64,000 nucleotides of DNA from Candidatus Bathyarchaeota archaeon (lineage in GTDB: Archaea; Thermoproteota; Bathyarchaeia; TCS64), in NCBI GenBank assembly GCA_963769425.1, contig CAVYLP010000006.1, forward strand, positions 480,001 through 544,000, given 5' to 3'. Both the position numbers and the translations under genes were made by a program. Below the pieces are notes generated by a model. It saw only the letters and a program-made list of their open reading frames with translations. It had not been told where the DNA came from and searched no databases. Positions within the stretch are counted from its first letter, which is position 1. Every line of letters starts with the position of its first letter. Positions 1 through 14,331 of this stretch are shown piece by piece.

Positions 1-285
1 CAGCTAGGCCATGACCTCTACGTGATGAAGGTGGTCCCGTTCCCCCATATAGTTCTGAGGGAGCACAAGAGAATTAACGTCGCCCAGGCTGACCGTTTCC
101 AAGAGGGTATGAAGCGCCCATACGGTAAGCCCACTGGCACTGCGGCGCGCGTCAAGCGCGGCGAGCCTCTAATCGTTATCGAGGTCGAGAAGGAGGGTGT
201 TGAGGTCGCGAGGGAGGCTCTCAAGAGGGCGATGGACAAGTGCCCGCTGCCGAGCAGGATCTTCGTCAAAGAGAACACTGAATAA
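1..285 (+). CDS. rpl10e: 50S ribosomal protein L10e/L16, C-terminal part (5' truncated by window)
   Basis: Motifs PFPHIVLREHK, ADRFQEGMKRPYGKPTGTAARV and ALKRAMDKCP; frame open from base 1. Confidence 0.93.
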   Translation, partial: QLGHDLYVMKVVPFPHIVLREHKRINVAQADRFQEGMKRPYGKPTGTAARVKRGEPLIVIEVEKEGVEVAREALKRAMDKCPLPSRIFVKENTE

Positions 286-603
286 GACCGGTCCTTTCTA
301 CCAGGTCTTTTAGATTTTCCTCCTTCTAGAAATAGTAGTCGTATCGGCTTTGGCGATTTATCTAGGAAGTCTCTATTTACGTTGCCTTGTTTCTAAATTG
401 ACAAAAGACGACCTAAAAAAGGCCCTAAACACCATCACACCAAATAGATCCTTCCGAAACCGAGACCCTGAACTCACCCAAGAGACGACAAATCCAGCGA
501 GGATCTTAAACTAATTCATCGGCATCACTCCTCCTCACCTGCACCACACAGGCTTCCCAGTAAATCCCGTTGCATACTCCCCCACACACTCAGCTATATA
601 TAG

Positions 604-1016
604 TGACGTCGTCGGGGACGCGTCGCCGGAACCATCTGAAACGTGTCCAAAACCATTGAATAACTACTGAAAACCGTTGCATTCCAGATGCCTTCAACAA
701 TCATTGAAAGGAGTGGATCGCGGTTCATTGAACGATGTGAATGTAGGCGCTGTGAGTTGGCGCCATTCAATCTAAGGCGTAACACTCTTTGGATGTGTTC
801 ATTCATCGGTGTGAAGGCGTCCCGCGGAAACACCTTATTAGTGGTTACCACTTATGGGGGAAACATCGTGGCGAGTGGGTTAGCGAGGAAAGCTCGAGGA
901 GTTGATCCTCTCAACCGGTTGTGGGGGGTTATGGCTGTTTAAAACCAGTATTATATAATAAAGGGACTTGGCAGCGCGAGTTCACTGGAAGAGGTGGCAG
1001 TACTTCGCCGCCGCCA
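604..1016 (+). ncRNA. Candidate ~400-nt structured non-coding RNA of unknown family
   Basis: TATATATA at 595-602, a series of adjacent stems with G-U pairs on the + strand, a T-run at ~1056, and no credible ORF. Confidence 0.4.
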
Positions 1017-1135
1017 TTATTTCAGGATATTTTGGCCGATTTCGTGATTTGGGACTTTTTTCTGGCTCTGTTGGCGACGAAAATGCACGGATGCCCATCG
1101 ATTAGAGCACCCCGCTAAAAATGGAGGGTCCTTAG

Positions 1136-2513
1136 TTAGATTTTGCCATACTCCCAGAGGAACGCAGCGCTCATCTTAGCCGTAGTGAGGAACTCCTCGA
1201 CGCCTATCCACTCGTTTGGGGCGTGCGCGTAGTGTGGGGGCATGGCGTCGCTCCCTGAGGAGGCGGAGACCATCCTTAGTGGTGGGGCCGTGTAGTACAT
1301 GCTGGGGCTCGTGCCTCCACTCATCGGGTAGATGAGTGGCTCGTTGAAGCCTAGGTCCCGTATCGCGGCTCTGTGCGCAGCGACTATCCTCGTGTCAGCG
1401 GCGCTCCTGTGGGCGTTCGCCTTCCAGCCGTTGAGCCTTAGCTCGACGTCTGTGAAGCTGTGCGTCTTGAGGTGGGTCTCGACCTTGCCCCAGACATCGT
1501 CAGCGTCCATGCCGGGGACCAGGCGGATGTCCATGTTCACCTTAGCCCACGGCGGATTGATGGTGTATGCGGCGGGTCCGACGTAGCCGGACTGGAGCCC
1601 GTTTATGGTCAGGGTTGGCTCGAACATATAGGCCTGTATAAGGTCCGCGCCGTGGAGGCCACGCATGAAGCCCTTGACACCCCACTGCCTCTTCATCTTC
1701 TCCTCCTCACCCGCTCTCGGCGAGCTTTTCGAGTAGCTCCCTATCGCCGGGCTCGGGTCCCTTTACTCCGTCGTAGAAGCCTTCGATGGCGATCCGGCCA
1801 TCTTCGCCCTTCATACTCTCCAGCGCCCAGACGAGGCGCCAAGCGGGATTCTCGACGACTGGGGCGCAGCTGCTGTGGACGGGCCCGCGATTGTGGTCGC
1901 AGACCAGCTGGAGGTCTATGCACCCTTTCCCTCCGAGGGTGATCCTCGTATCCTTATATGCGGTGCTGAAGGTGCTTGGGCACCACTCGGCCTCGGCTTT
2001 GAGTATCTTCTCCGGGTGCTCCTTTAGGAATCGGCGCAGCTGCCAGCTACCGACTTCCTCCTCGCCGTCGAAGGTGAAGACTATGTTGACGGGGATGCCA
2101 ACGGTCTCGCGGAGAGCCTTGATGGCCATGAGCTCAGCGACGAGTGCCCCTTTGCTATTGATGGCGCCGCGAGCGACTATCTTATCGTCCACTAGCTTCG
2201 CCTCGAAGGGGCCGCTCGCCCACTTGTCGAGTTCGCCGACGGGCTGGGTGTCGTACATTTGATACGCAGTCAGGGTATGATGCGCACCGGGGCTCAGCAG
2301 CTTGCCGTACACCACCGGGTTGCCCTCCCCCTCGACTTGGACAAGTTCGGTTTGGGCCCCAGTTTCCTGGATCATCTCGCGCACCATCTCGGCGCACCGG
2401 TAGACGTTCTCCCGCTCCATCGAGACGCTCGGCTGCCGGAGAAGCTCCTGGCAACGACGAACGTATTCGTCGCGGTTGGCGTCTATCTGTCTGAACACGT
2501 TTTCTAGGGACAT
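1136..2513 (-). pseudogene. M20/M25/M40 metallopeptidase (DapE/ArgE-like dipeptidase), split by a frameshift near 1705-1712
   Basis: ORFs 1707-2513 (YDTQP, ARGA, DGEEEVGS) and 1136-1696 (PTLTINGL, DIRLVP, HAPNEW) are consecutive halves; removing one G from AGC-GGG-TGA joins them; may be an assembly error. Confidence 0.8.
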
Positions 2514-2576
2514 CTTTTCCCGATGCCATTCCTCCCCCGGAGCCTATTTTAACGTTACAACCCATCGTCTAGTTGC

Positions 2577-3579
2577 ATGTACGAGCTCGAGCTTGAGAAG
2601 GTCGTAGCCGAGATAGGGAGGCGGGGAGCGAGGAGGGTCCTCCTACAGCTGCCAGACGGTATGCGCCCGTTCGCCTTCCAGATAGCAGATTACATACGGA
2701 AAGCTACCCCTGTCGAAGTGATCATAAGCGGCGACTCCTGCTATGGAGCCTGCGACCTTGCATCGAGGCAAGCATCGGAGCTCAGTGTCGATCTCCTGAT
2801 CCATTATGGCCACGCCTCTTTCGTTACCGACGTTGGCATACCCGTCCTCTACGTGGAGGCGAGAATTCCGATCGACGTCTCGAAGATGGTTGAGGCGGTC
2901 CTCCCTAGCATCGAAGGAGTGGGGGAGGGTCGGTTTGACGAGTACTGTACAACACACCCCCCAGCTCAGGGAGGTGGCAGAGGCCCTAGACCAGAAGGGG
3001 ATCAAAGCCCTTGTCGGTGAGGGGGCGGATGAGACCCCCGAGGCGGGGCAGGTCCTCGGATGCAGCTACTCCGCCGCAACAAGGCTCCCGGAGGATGTCG
3101 ACGGATATATATTCATAGGCGGTGGGAGGTTCCACGCGCTCGGCCTCGCCCTGACGACGGGGAAGCCGATCATCGTCGCCAACCCCTACAACGGAAGCGT
3201 GACGAGGCTCGACGAGTCTGAGCTCATGCAGCTCGCCAAGAGGCGGATGGCCTCCATAAACGCCGCCAAGGCGGCGAAGATGATCGGAGTGCTCGTCAGT
3301 TCAAAGCCGGGGCAGCGCGACCTAGCCGAGGCCATGGTCATAGCCGAGAAGCTCGGGGACAGGGAGAAGACGGCTTTCCTCATCTACCTCGATGAGGTGC
3401 GGGCCGATCAGCTGAACAACTTCACAGAACCCGAGGCGTTCATCGAGACGGCCTGCCCCCGCATAGCCATAGACGGCGTCGCTGGGGTCGAACGCCCCAT
3501 ACTCACCGCCGCTGAGGCACGCGTCCTGCTCGGGGAGAGGACCTGGGAGGAGACTTGGGGCCGCGGCTATCTAGGCTAG
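2577..3579 (+). CDS. dph2: Diphthamide biosynthesis protein Dph2, frameshifted near 2911-2925
   Basis: LQLPDG, CYGACD and HYGH in ORF 2577-3020; QVLGC, GRFH, KPGQ and TACPRI in ORF 2806-3579; conserved position before csl4. Confidence 0.88.
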
Positions 3580-3595
3580 GAAGCTTCACCAATCA

Positions 3596-3606
3596 GTTTA
3601 TTAAAA
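3596..3606 (+). promoter_or_regulatory. Probable TATA box for the csl4-rpoL transcript
   Basis: GTTTATTAAAA about 80 nt upstream of the csl4 ATG. Confidence 0.45.
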
Positions 3607-3684
3607 AGCGGGAGCATAAACAGGGTCGGTCCCTAGGGGATCGGCTCGTAGTGCGGCGGTTTCCGACGCAGCAGGCGCGATGAA

Positions 3685-4263
3685 ATGTCTAAGGCAGGAA
3701 ACATCAAGAGGAAGGTCTTCCCCGGCGAAGAACTCGCGGTCATAGAGGAGTACAACAAGGGGGAGGGCAGCTATCAGGATGATGGGCTGGTCCGATCCGA
3801 GGAACTCGGCGAGACGAGGCTCAACAGGGAGAAGAGGGCCCTAGAGGTCAAGAAGGTAACCAAGCCGCTCAACCTACCCGTCGAGGGCTCTATAGTGATA
3901 GCCGAGGCCGGCTCGATCACCCGAAGGGACGCGAGGGTCGACATCTTCCGTATAAACGGCAAGAAGATCCAGCCCACATACACGGGTGTCATCCACATAA
4001 GCGACGTCGCCCGCGAGTTCGACAGGAACCTGGAGATGGCAATCCGCAGCGGCGACATCGTCCGCGCCGTCGTCGCGAACACGAAGAACACGATCATACA
4101 GCTCAGCATAGCTGGCCCCGAGTTCGGCGTCGTCTACGCCTACTGCAGTAGGTGCGGCGGGATCCTCGAGAACGAGAAGGGTCGCCTGACGTGCCCCAGT
4201 TGCAAGCGCGTCGAGCGCCGCCAGTACGCAAAGAGCTACGGTAAGGAGGATATATCGTCTTGA
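3685..4263 (+). CDS. csl4: Exosome RNA-binding protein Csl4
   Basis: VFPGEEL..EEY..GEG, S1 domain (IHISD, GDIVRA), GVVYAYCSRCG..CPSC..E.R zinc ribbon. Confidence 0.93.
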   Translation: MSKAGNIKRKVFPGEELAVIEEYNKGEGSYQDDGLVRSEELGETRLNREKRALEVKKVTKPLNLPVEGSIVIAEAGSITRRDARVDIFRINGKKIQPTYTGVIHISDVAREFDRNLEMAIRSGDIVRAVVANTKNTIIQLSIAGPEFGVVYAYCSRCGGILENEKGRLTCPSCKRVERRQYAKSYGKEDISS

Positions 4264-4553
4264 AGCTCAACATAATCAAGGAAGAGGAAGGCTACGTCGA
4301 GGTGGAGTTTGGTGGCGAGAGCCACACGCTCCTCAACCTCCTGCAGTCGAGCCTCCTAGAGGACCCCGCCGTCGAGATGGCGGGCTACACACGTCCACAC
4401 CCCCTGATGGACAGGAGCAGGCTCTTCATCAGGTTCAAGGGGAAGAAGGCGAACCCGATGGAGATACTAAAGAAGGCAGCGGATAACGCCGAGGCTAAGC
4501 TTAATGAGTTTGACGAGGGCCTGAAGAAGGGCGTCTCCACCCTTAAGAAGTAA
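4260..4553 (+). CDS. rpoL: DNA-directed RNA polymerase subunit L (Rpo11)
   Basis: GESHTLLNLL..L..DP.V..AGY..PHPL signature; 4-nt overlap with csl4. Confidence 0.95.
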   Translation: MKLNIIKEEEGYVEVEFGGESHTLLNLLQSSLLEDPAVEMAGYTRPHPLMDRSRLFIRFKGKKANPMEILKKAADNAEAKLNEFDEGLKKGVSTLKK

Positions 4554-4580
4554 ACAGCCCATCTTATTATCGAAGGTAAC

Positions 4581-5066
4581 TTGACCCTTCAGAGGCTACG
4601 CCAGATCAAGAGGGAGATCAGGGTACTAGGCGTGGCTGCTAGGCAAGGCTCCGACGGCTTCACCATCGTCGGTGTAGTCTACAGAGGAAATCTTTGGCTC
4701 GACGGTGTTCTGAGGGCGTACTCCGAGGAGATGGACATCACCGACGCTCTCGCTAAAATGCTCTTCGATTCGCCTCACGCTGGGCAGGTCCGAGTAATAA
4801 TGCTGAGCAAGGAGAACCTACCTAAAGAGGTTCGCATCTCCCTTGAGGAATTAAGCACGAAGACGGGTAAGCCCGTTATCTTGCTGGGCGATATAGTAGG
4901 AAACATCTTCACGTGGAATAGTGGTGATGAGAAAGTAACCTTTTCCGTGGTGGGTCTCAGCCGCTGGTCCGCCGAAGGGGTCCTGAGGGCGTCAACGCGC
5001 GAAGGAGTCATCCCGGAGGCCCTACGGGTGGCCGCCTTGACACTATCCGCGCTACCCGACGGGTAA
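4581..5066 (+). CDS. DUF99 family (endonuclease V-like) protein, divergent
   Basis: IK.EIRVLG, VGVVYRG..WLDGV, QVRVIML, IPEALRVA; usual position between rpoL and tfs. Confidence 0.8.
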   Translation: MTLQRLRQIKREIRVLGVAARQGSDGFTIVGVVYRGNLWLDGVLRAYSEEMDITDALAKMLFDSPHAGQVRVIMLSKENLPKEVRISLEELSTKTGKPVILLGDIVGNIFTWNSGDEKVTFSVVGLSRWSAEGVLRASTREGVIPEALRVAALTLSALPDG

Positions 5067-5125
5067 GATGCATAAGGTATTAATACAGCCCATCCGGGTT
5101 ACAGGCTGTGATGGAGGAGTAAAAA

Positions 5126-5446
5126 ACGAAATTCTGCTCTGAGTGCGGGACAATGTGCACCGTCGACCACAAGAAGAGGTGCTACGTCTGCCCCAAGTGC
5201 GGTGCCGAGCAGCCGATGACAGAAGAAATGAAGATAACGCGCGAGACCAAGGAGACGGATAAGATCGTCGTCATTGGCAAGAAGGAGCAGAACCTCCGAA
5301 CCACGCCCCAGGTCAAGGCGGAGTGCCCCAAGTGCGGCAACGACAAGGCGTACTGGTGGATGGTCCAGACCAGGGGCATAGACGAGTCGAGCACCCAGTT
5401 CTACAGGTGCACGAAATGCGGCCACACGTGGCGCGACTACAGCTAA
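5126..5446 (+). CDS. tfs: Transcription factor S (TFS/RpoM family)
   Basis: FCSECG..CPKCG N-terminal ribbon; CPKCG..QTRGIDE..T.FYRCTKCGHTWR C-terminal ribbon; N-terminus extends to ACG at 5126. Confidence 0.93.
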   Translation, partial: TKFCSECGTMCTVDHKKRCYVCPKCGAEQPMTEEMKITRETKETDKIVVIGKKEQNLRTTPQVKAECPKCGNDKAYWWMVQTRGIDESSTQFYRCTKCGHTWRDYS

Positions 5447-5594
5447 ACCACACTAAACGACGGTTTATCACACATCCTATCCCGCTAAACGGTTCTTCGC
5501 ATTTTCATTCGGGAGCATCTGGGATGGTGAATATCCTTTTATTCCCTCTGGTCCTAGGCTAAGACAACCAATTCCAATCTAAGGAGACATTGAT

Positions 5595-6347
5595 TTGTTC
5601 GAGGTAGAGGTTTCCAGTATTGATCCGTTCCGCAACCTGATCAAGGCACTAAGCGTCATAGTCGAGGAGGGCACGTTTGTGATGAACGAGGCCCAGATCA
5701 AGCTCCTAGCCATGGACCCGAGCCACGTCGCCATGGTAGACTTCGAGCTACCCGCCGACTTCTTCGACGCCTACAAGTGCGAGGGGGAGCCCCACCTCAG
5801 CATAAACATAAAGGAGTTCCTCAAGTTCCTCGACCGCGTCGACAAGGACGAGGAGACCTGGATACGCCTCGACGAGGAGAAGGCCAGGCTGGTGATCCTC
5901 TGCAAGCGCGGCGGCCACAGCAGGCGCTTCGAGATGCCCATCCTCGAGCCCATCGACGACGAGGTGCCCCAGCCGAAGATATTCTTCAAAGCGAAGGCGC
6001 GCCTCATCACGGACAGCCTTCGTAATGCTATTCGAGACGCGAACCTTGTCAGCGAGCATGTTAAGGTCGCCGTCGAGGGCGAGATGCTGAAGATCAGCGC
6101 TAACGGTGACATGGGGAGTGCCCACAGCGAGTGGGAGAAGGGGAGCGACGACCTCCTCGACCTCAAGGCCGAGGAGGACAGCAGCGCCACCTTCACCCTA
6201 AGCTACCTCAACGAGATAGCCAACGCAGCGGGCAGCAGCAGCGAGGTCGCCACCATCGAGCTGAGCACAGACATGCCCATAAAGATGGACTTCGAGCTCC
6301 CGAAGGGGAAGCTCGTCTACTACCTCGCCCCCTGCATCGGCGTCTAA
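5595..6347 (+). CDS. pcn: DNA polymerase sliding clamp (PCNA)
   Basis: AMDPSHVAMVD motif, C-terminal YYLAP, 250 aa. Confidence 0.96.
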   Translation: MFEVEVSSIDPFRNLIKALSVIVEEGTFVMNEAQIKLLAMDPSHVAMVDFELPADFFDAYKCEGEPHLSINIKEFLKFLDRVDKDEETWIRLDEEKARLVILCKRGGHSRRFEMPILEPIDDEVPQPKIFFKAKARLITDSLRNAIRDANLVSEHVKVAVEGEMLKISANGDMGSAHSEWEKGSDDLLDLKAEEDSSATFTLSYLNEIANAAGSSSEVATIELSTDMPIKMDFELPKGKLVYYLAPCIGV

Positions 6348-6364
6348 GAATAGCAGCGGGGCCC

Positions 6365-6961
6365 CTACAGCATCTTTTTCATGGCCCCGTATCCCTTCTC
6401 GAAGGCCCTGTTGTTGGCTTCTAAGAACCTCTTCGACAGGGACTCGCTCATGGCCTTCAACAGAGATTCCATTGATAGGATATTCTCCCCAAGGGCTGCG
6501 TAGGCTCCCAGGATGACGATATTTAGGCTAGCCGGTGCGTCCACGCTTAAGGCGAGTTCGCGGGCATCGACCCTGTAAACCCTACAGCCGATCCGCTCTA
6601 GCGCAGAGGTAACCTTTGATAGTTCCGGATATGCGGCCTCCTTGAGGAGAACTGGTATTGGGTAGACGGGGGCGGTGCTGAGGATGACCCTCGTCCCCGG
6701 GCTTAAGTATTCAGGCGCACGCACGGCCTCGGAGGGCTCGAGGCTGAGGAGGACGTCACATCTCCCCCTCGGTATCAGGGAGCCGTGGACATCCCCGCCT
6801 ATCCTGACGTGGCTCTGGACGGAGCCACCCCGCTGGGCCATTCCAAGGGTCTCCCCGACCCTGACGTCCAAGCCCTCGTCGAGTGCGGCGTGGGCGAGGA
6901 TGCGGGCCAAGGCTATACCACCCTGTCCCCCTATGCTGGTTATGAGGATGTTGTGCTCCAA
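6365..6961 (-). CDS. iorB: Indolepyruvate:ferredoxin oxidoreductase beta subunit
   Basis: IGGQG, ETLGMAQRGGSV.SHVR, N.RAFEKG; likely TTG start at 6961 immediately after the iorA stop. Confidence 0.9.
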   Translation of the reverse strand: MEHNILITSIGGQGGIALARILAHAALDEGLDVRVGETLGMAQRGGSVQSHVRIGGDVHGSLIPRGRCDVLLSLEPSEAVRAPEYLSPGTRVILSTAPVYPIPVLLKEAAYPELSKVTSALERIGCRVYRVDARELALSVDAPASLNIVILGAYAALGENILSMESLLKAMSESLSKRFLEANNRAFEKGYGAMKKML

Positions 6962-6962
6962 G

Positions 6963-8825
6963 TCACTCCCCCTCCCCGATGGCGTGGACTGGGCAGACCT
7001 GCGAGCAGAGCCCGCAGCCTGCGCATGACGCCTCATCTATTACCATCTTTCCCCCCTCGACGTTCATCGCGGGGCAGCTGAGGGTGCGGATGCAGACGAG
7101 GCAACCCGAGCACTTCTCCACGTCAACCCTGCGGGGTAGGCTGAGGGACCTCTGCCGGCCCGCGACGAGGGAGCAGACCCTCCTAAGAATGACAGCTGAA
7201 GGCACGTCGCGGAGTATCGCGTCCTTGAAGGCGTCCGTGCTCGCCCTCAGGTCGTAGGGGTCCACAACAGCGACCTCCTCGATCCCCGAAGCTCTGAGCA
7301 TATCCTCGATCTTGACGGACGGTTGCCCCGACGAGAGTGAGGCTGGCGAGGGCTGGTGGCCCGTCATTCCTGTGATCTGGTTGTCCAATACCGCGATGAC
7401 GAGGGGTGTTTCCCTCCACCCGGCGTTTATGGCGGGAGGAATCCCGGCGTGAAAAAACGTCGAGTCCCCTATGGTTGCGATCACCGGCGTCTTGACGCCC
7501 GCGTACTTGAGCCCGATGGCGTTCCCGATGGAAGCGCCCATGCTCACCTCCGTCCAGCAACTGTTCCACGGCGGATACATCCCGAGGATCGTGCAGCCTA
7601 TGTCACCCGTGACGATGACCTCCTCCTTCTTGAAGCCCAGCTCCCTGAGGGCGTTGGTCAGGGCCGTGTAGGTCCCCCTGTGTGGGCAACCTGCACAGAA
7701 GGGGAGGCTCCGAGGAGGAGCGAGCGCCCTCGCTTCCTTCCGTGCTGAGTCGAGGCTAGGGTCACTCTCGGTGGGGGTCTTATTTGTAAGGGAGTCCATC
7801 GCGCCTTGGACTAGCTCGTTATCATACTCCCCTATCCGGGGGAGGGCGTCGTCCAGCTTCCCAATCACCCTTACCCCGCCGCCTATGTCGGCTACCATAG
7901 CCTTGACCTGCAGCTCCACAAAGGGCTCAAGCTCCTCCAGCACGAGTAGAGAATCTACGTGATTCAACATCCTCCGGATCATTCTCGATGGAAGGGGGTT
8001 CACGGTCCCGATCTTCAGCGTGGAGACCCTGTAATCCCCTGAGGCGAGGACGTCCTCCAGGTAGCCCCATGTGGCCCCCACTGCGATGACGCCGAGCCTC
8101 GAATCAGACATCAGTTCGAACCTGTTGAACGGCGAGGACTCGAACTCTCCGCGCACCTCCTCGATGCGCTCATTGAGCACCCTGTGCTGGTTCTTCACCC
8201 ATAGGGGGGAGGCACGGGTGAATCGGCTTATGTCCTTCCTCAGGTGGAGCTTTGACTCGACCTTTTTGATCTCCCCGAGGCCTACTGGGGCCTTCCCATG
8301 GGCAACTCTTGAGGTTGATCTAACTAGTACGGGTATCTTGTGCCTTTCGGAGAGGTCGAAGGCGGAGACGATCATATCCTTCCCACTCTGGGGGTCGGAC
8401 GCGTCGAGCATCGGGAGAGGGCAGGCCGAGGTGAAGAGCCGGCTGTCCTGCTCCTCCATCCCAGCGTGGGCTCCGGGGTCGTCGGCCACGTAGATCACGA
8501 GTCCGCCGACGACGTCCCCGTAGGCCACCGACATTATCGAGTCCGAGGCGACGTTGAGTCCCGCGCTCTTCATCGTGACTAGGCATCGGGAGCCGCCGAA
8601 GCTGACCCCCGTCGCGATGTCGAAGGCGACCTTCTCGTTGACCGCCCACTCGGCGCGGACCCCACTCTCTCCGGCTCCTTGTATGAGTGTCTCGATGACC
8701 TCCGTCGAAGGGGTCCCCGGGTAGCCTACAGCGAACTTGACGCCCGCCTCGAGGGCCCCACGGGCCACCGCCTCGTTGCCCATGAGGAGATGAATACGGT
8801 CCGCTCCATGTACCACAAACCTCAC
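6963..8825 (-). CDS. iorA: Indolepyruvate:ferredoxin oxidoreductase alpha subunit
   Basis: LMGNEAVARGA, YPGTPSTE, NEKVA, CAGCPHR, GDIGC, IGDSTFFH, C-terminal 2x[4Fe-4S] motifs. Confidence 0.95.
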   Translation of the reverse strand: MRFVVHGADRIHLLMGNEAVARGALEAGVKFAVGYPGTPSTEVIETLIQGAGESGVRAEWAVNEKVAFDIATGVSFGGSRCLVTMKSAGLNVASDSIMSVAYGDVVGGLVIYVADDPGAHAGMEEQDSRLFTSACPLPMLDASDPQSGKDMIVSAFDLSERHKIPVLVRSTSRVAHGKAPVGLGEIKKVESKLHLRKDISRFTRASPLWVKNQHRVLNERIEEVRGEFESSPFNRFELMSDSRLGVIAVGATWGYLEDVLASGDYRVSTLKIGTVNPLPSRMIRRMLNHVDSLLVLEELEPFVELQVKAMVADIGGGVRVIGKLDDALPRIGEYDNELVQGAMDSLTNKTPTESDPSLDSARKEARALAPPRSLPFCAGCPHRGTYTALTNALRELGFKKEEVIVTGDIGCTILGMYPPWNSCWTEVSMGASIGNAIGLKYAGVKTPVIATIGDSTFFHAGIPPAINAGWRETPLVIAVLDNQITGMTGHQPSPASLSSGQPSVKIEDMLRASGIEEVAVVDPYDLRASTDAFKDAILRDVPSAVILRRVCSLVAGRQRSLSLPRRVDVEKCSGCLVCIRTLSCPAMNVEGGKMVIDEASCAGCGLCSQVCPVHAIGEGE

Positions 8826-9009
8826 CCGCAGATGAAGATATTAGCCCCTCACATGGTATAATTCAGTTGCGAGCATGAATCGAATAAGCGGGTAAAACGA
8901 TTGGAAGATGGTTCCGACTCCGAAATCTACTACTAAGCACTTCCTAAATATCGAATTGAATGACAAACCCAGTATCCACTGGGGGTGTTTGCTTCTAAGA
9001 AGTGTGAGA

Positions 9010-9062
9010 AGCCGTGGATCAGGTTCCGATATCTCCTGTAGGATCGAGTCATGAATGCTGAC
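9010..9062 (-). other. 3' arm of the 23S pre-rRNA processing stem (pairs with 12063-12111)
   Basis: GAAGCCGTG..CAGGTTCCGA..GTCATGAATGCTGA is complementary to TCAGCATGAC..TCGGAACCTG..CACGGCTTC. Confidence 0.75.
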
Positions 9063-9065
9063 ATT

Positions 9066-12058
<2,993 letters not shown>

Positions 12059-12245
12059 TATATCAGCATGACCCGGTCCCACAGCTGGAGTCGGAACCTG
12101 TGCACGGCTTCATAGCCTCTTCGAGGGATTCCATCCCCCCGTGGCTCGCCCTTAGCCCCGCGAGCTGTGCTCGGGAGCCGCATATTGTGAGATTGATTTG
12201 GGTCGGGTAGTTACTTCCCCCGCATTCACTGCGTCGTTCTTTCTT

Positions 12246-13743
<1,498 letters not shown>

Positions 13744-13961
13744 GAATCCGCAAGTCTGTTAACACAGGAATGCGGGAGAGTTCTGTACCTACCCGACCCA
13801 TATCCGACCCGAAGGGGTGTGACCCCTTTGCTCAGGTCGTCATACCTGTTTCCGCCACTGGAGCCGATCCTTCATCCTGAGGCCAAACGCCTCTGTCGGA
13901 TCGAAGCCGCCGACTATGGGCGGAAGACGCTCGACGCGCCAACAGCCATACATCTGGCTGT

Positions 13962-13972
13962 AGATAAAAACG
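13962..13972 (-). promoter_or_regulatory. Probable rRNA operon TATA box
   Basis: TTTTTATC on the minus strand ~220 nt upstream of the 16S 5' end, before a hairpin-rich leader. Confidence 0.45.
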
Positions 13973-14331
13973 TTATGTTTTCGAAATAAGGTCCACATCC
14001 CCCTACACTCCAGTGAATCTGAAAGTGAGCAGCACCTTTCAACAGTGTTTTTAAGGGACCCAGCCGGGTAGCGGAGGCACGAATATAAACCAGGGAGAAA
14101 TCGAGGGCAAACCCCCCTCATTTAGGAGAAAGCCGAGTGAACGTATCAATAATATTTTCATGTTAAGAAATTGATTAAAAAGTGATAGTGGGAGGTTGAA
14201 TCGGGAGCCTGTTTTGTATGAGGGAAGCAAGGCAAAAATGCTCCGAAATCGGGTTAGTTTCTATGAAAATTTCACTAGAAGAGCAGTATCTTTAATTAAA
14301 AGAGTGGTTTTGATTAGATACGAGATTTGAA

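Noticed and set aside
594-1118. Short ORFs 594-851, 688-942 and 921-1118; also a tmRNA, group II intron or TnpB-relic reading
   Set aside because: No family motifs, atypical codon usage, no tRNA-like ends, no domain V catalytic triad and no convincing RuvC/zinc-finger remnant
1707-1709. TGA in the M20 gene as selenocysteine
   Set aside because: The downstream half is in a different frame, so this is a frameshift and not readthrough
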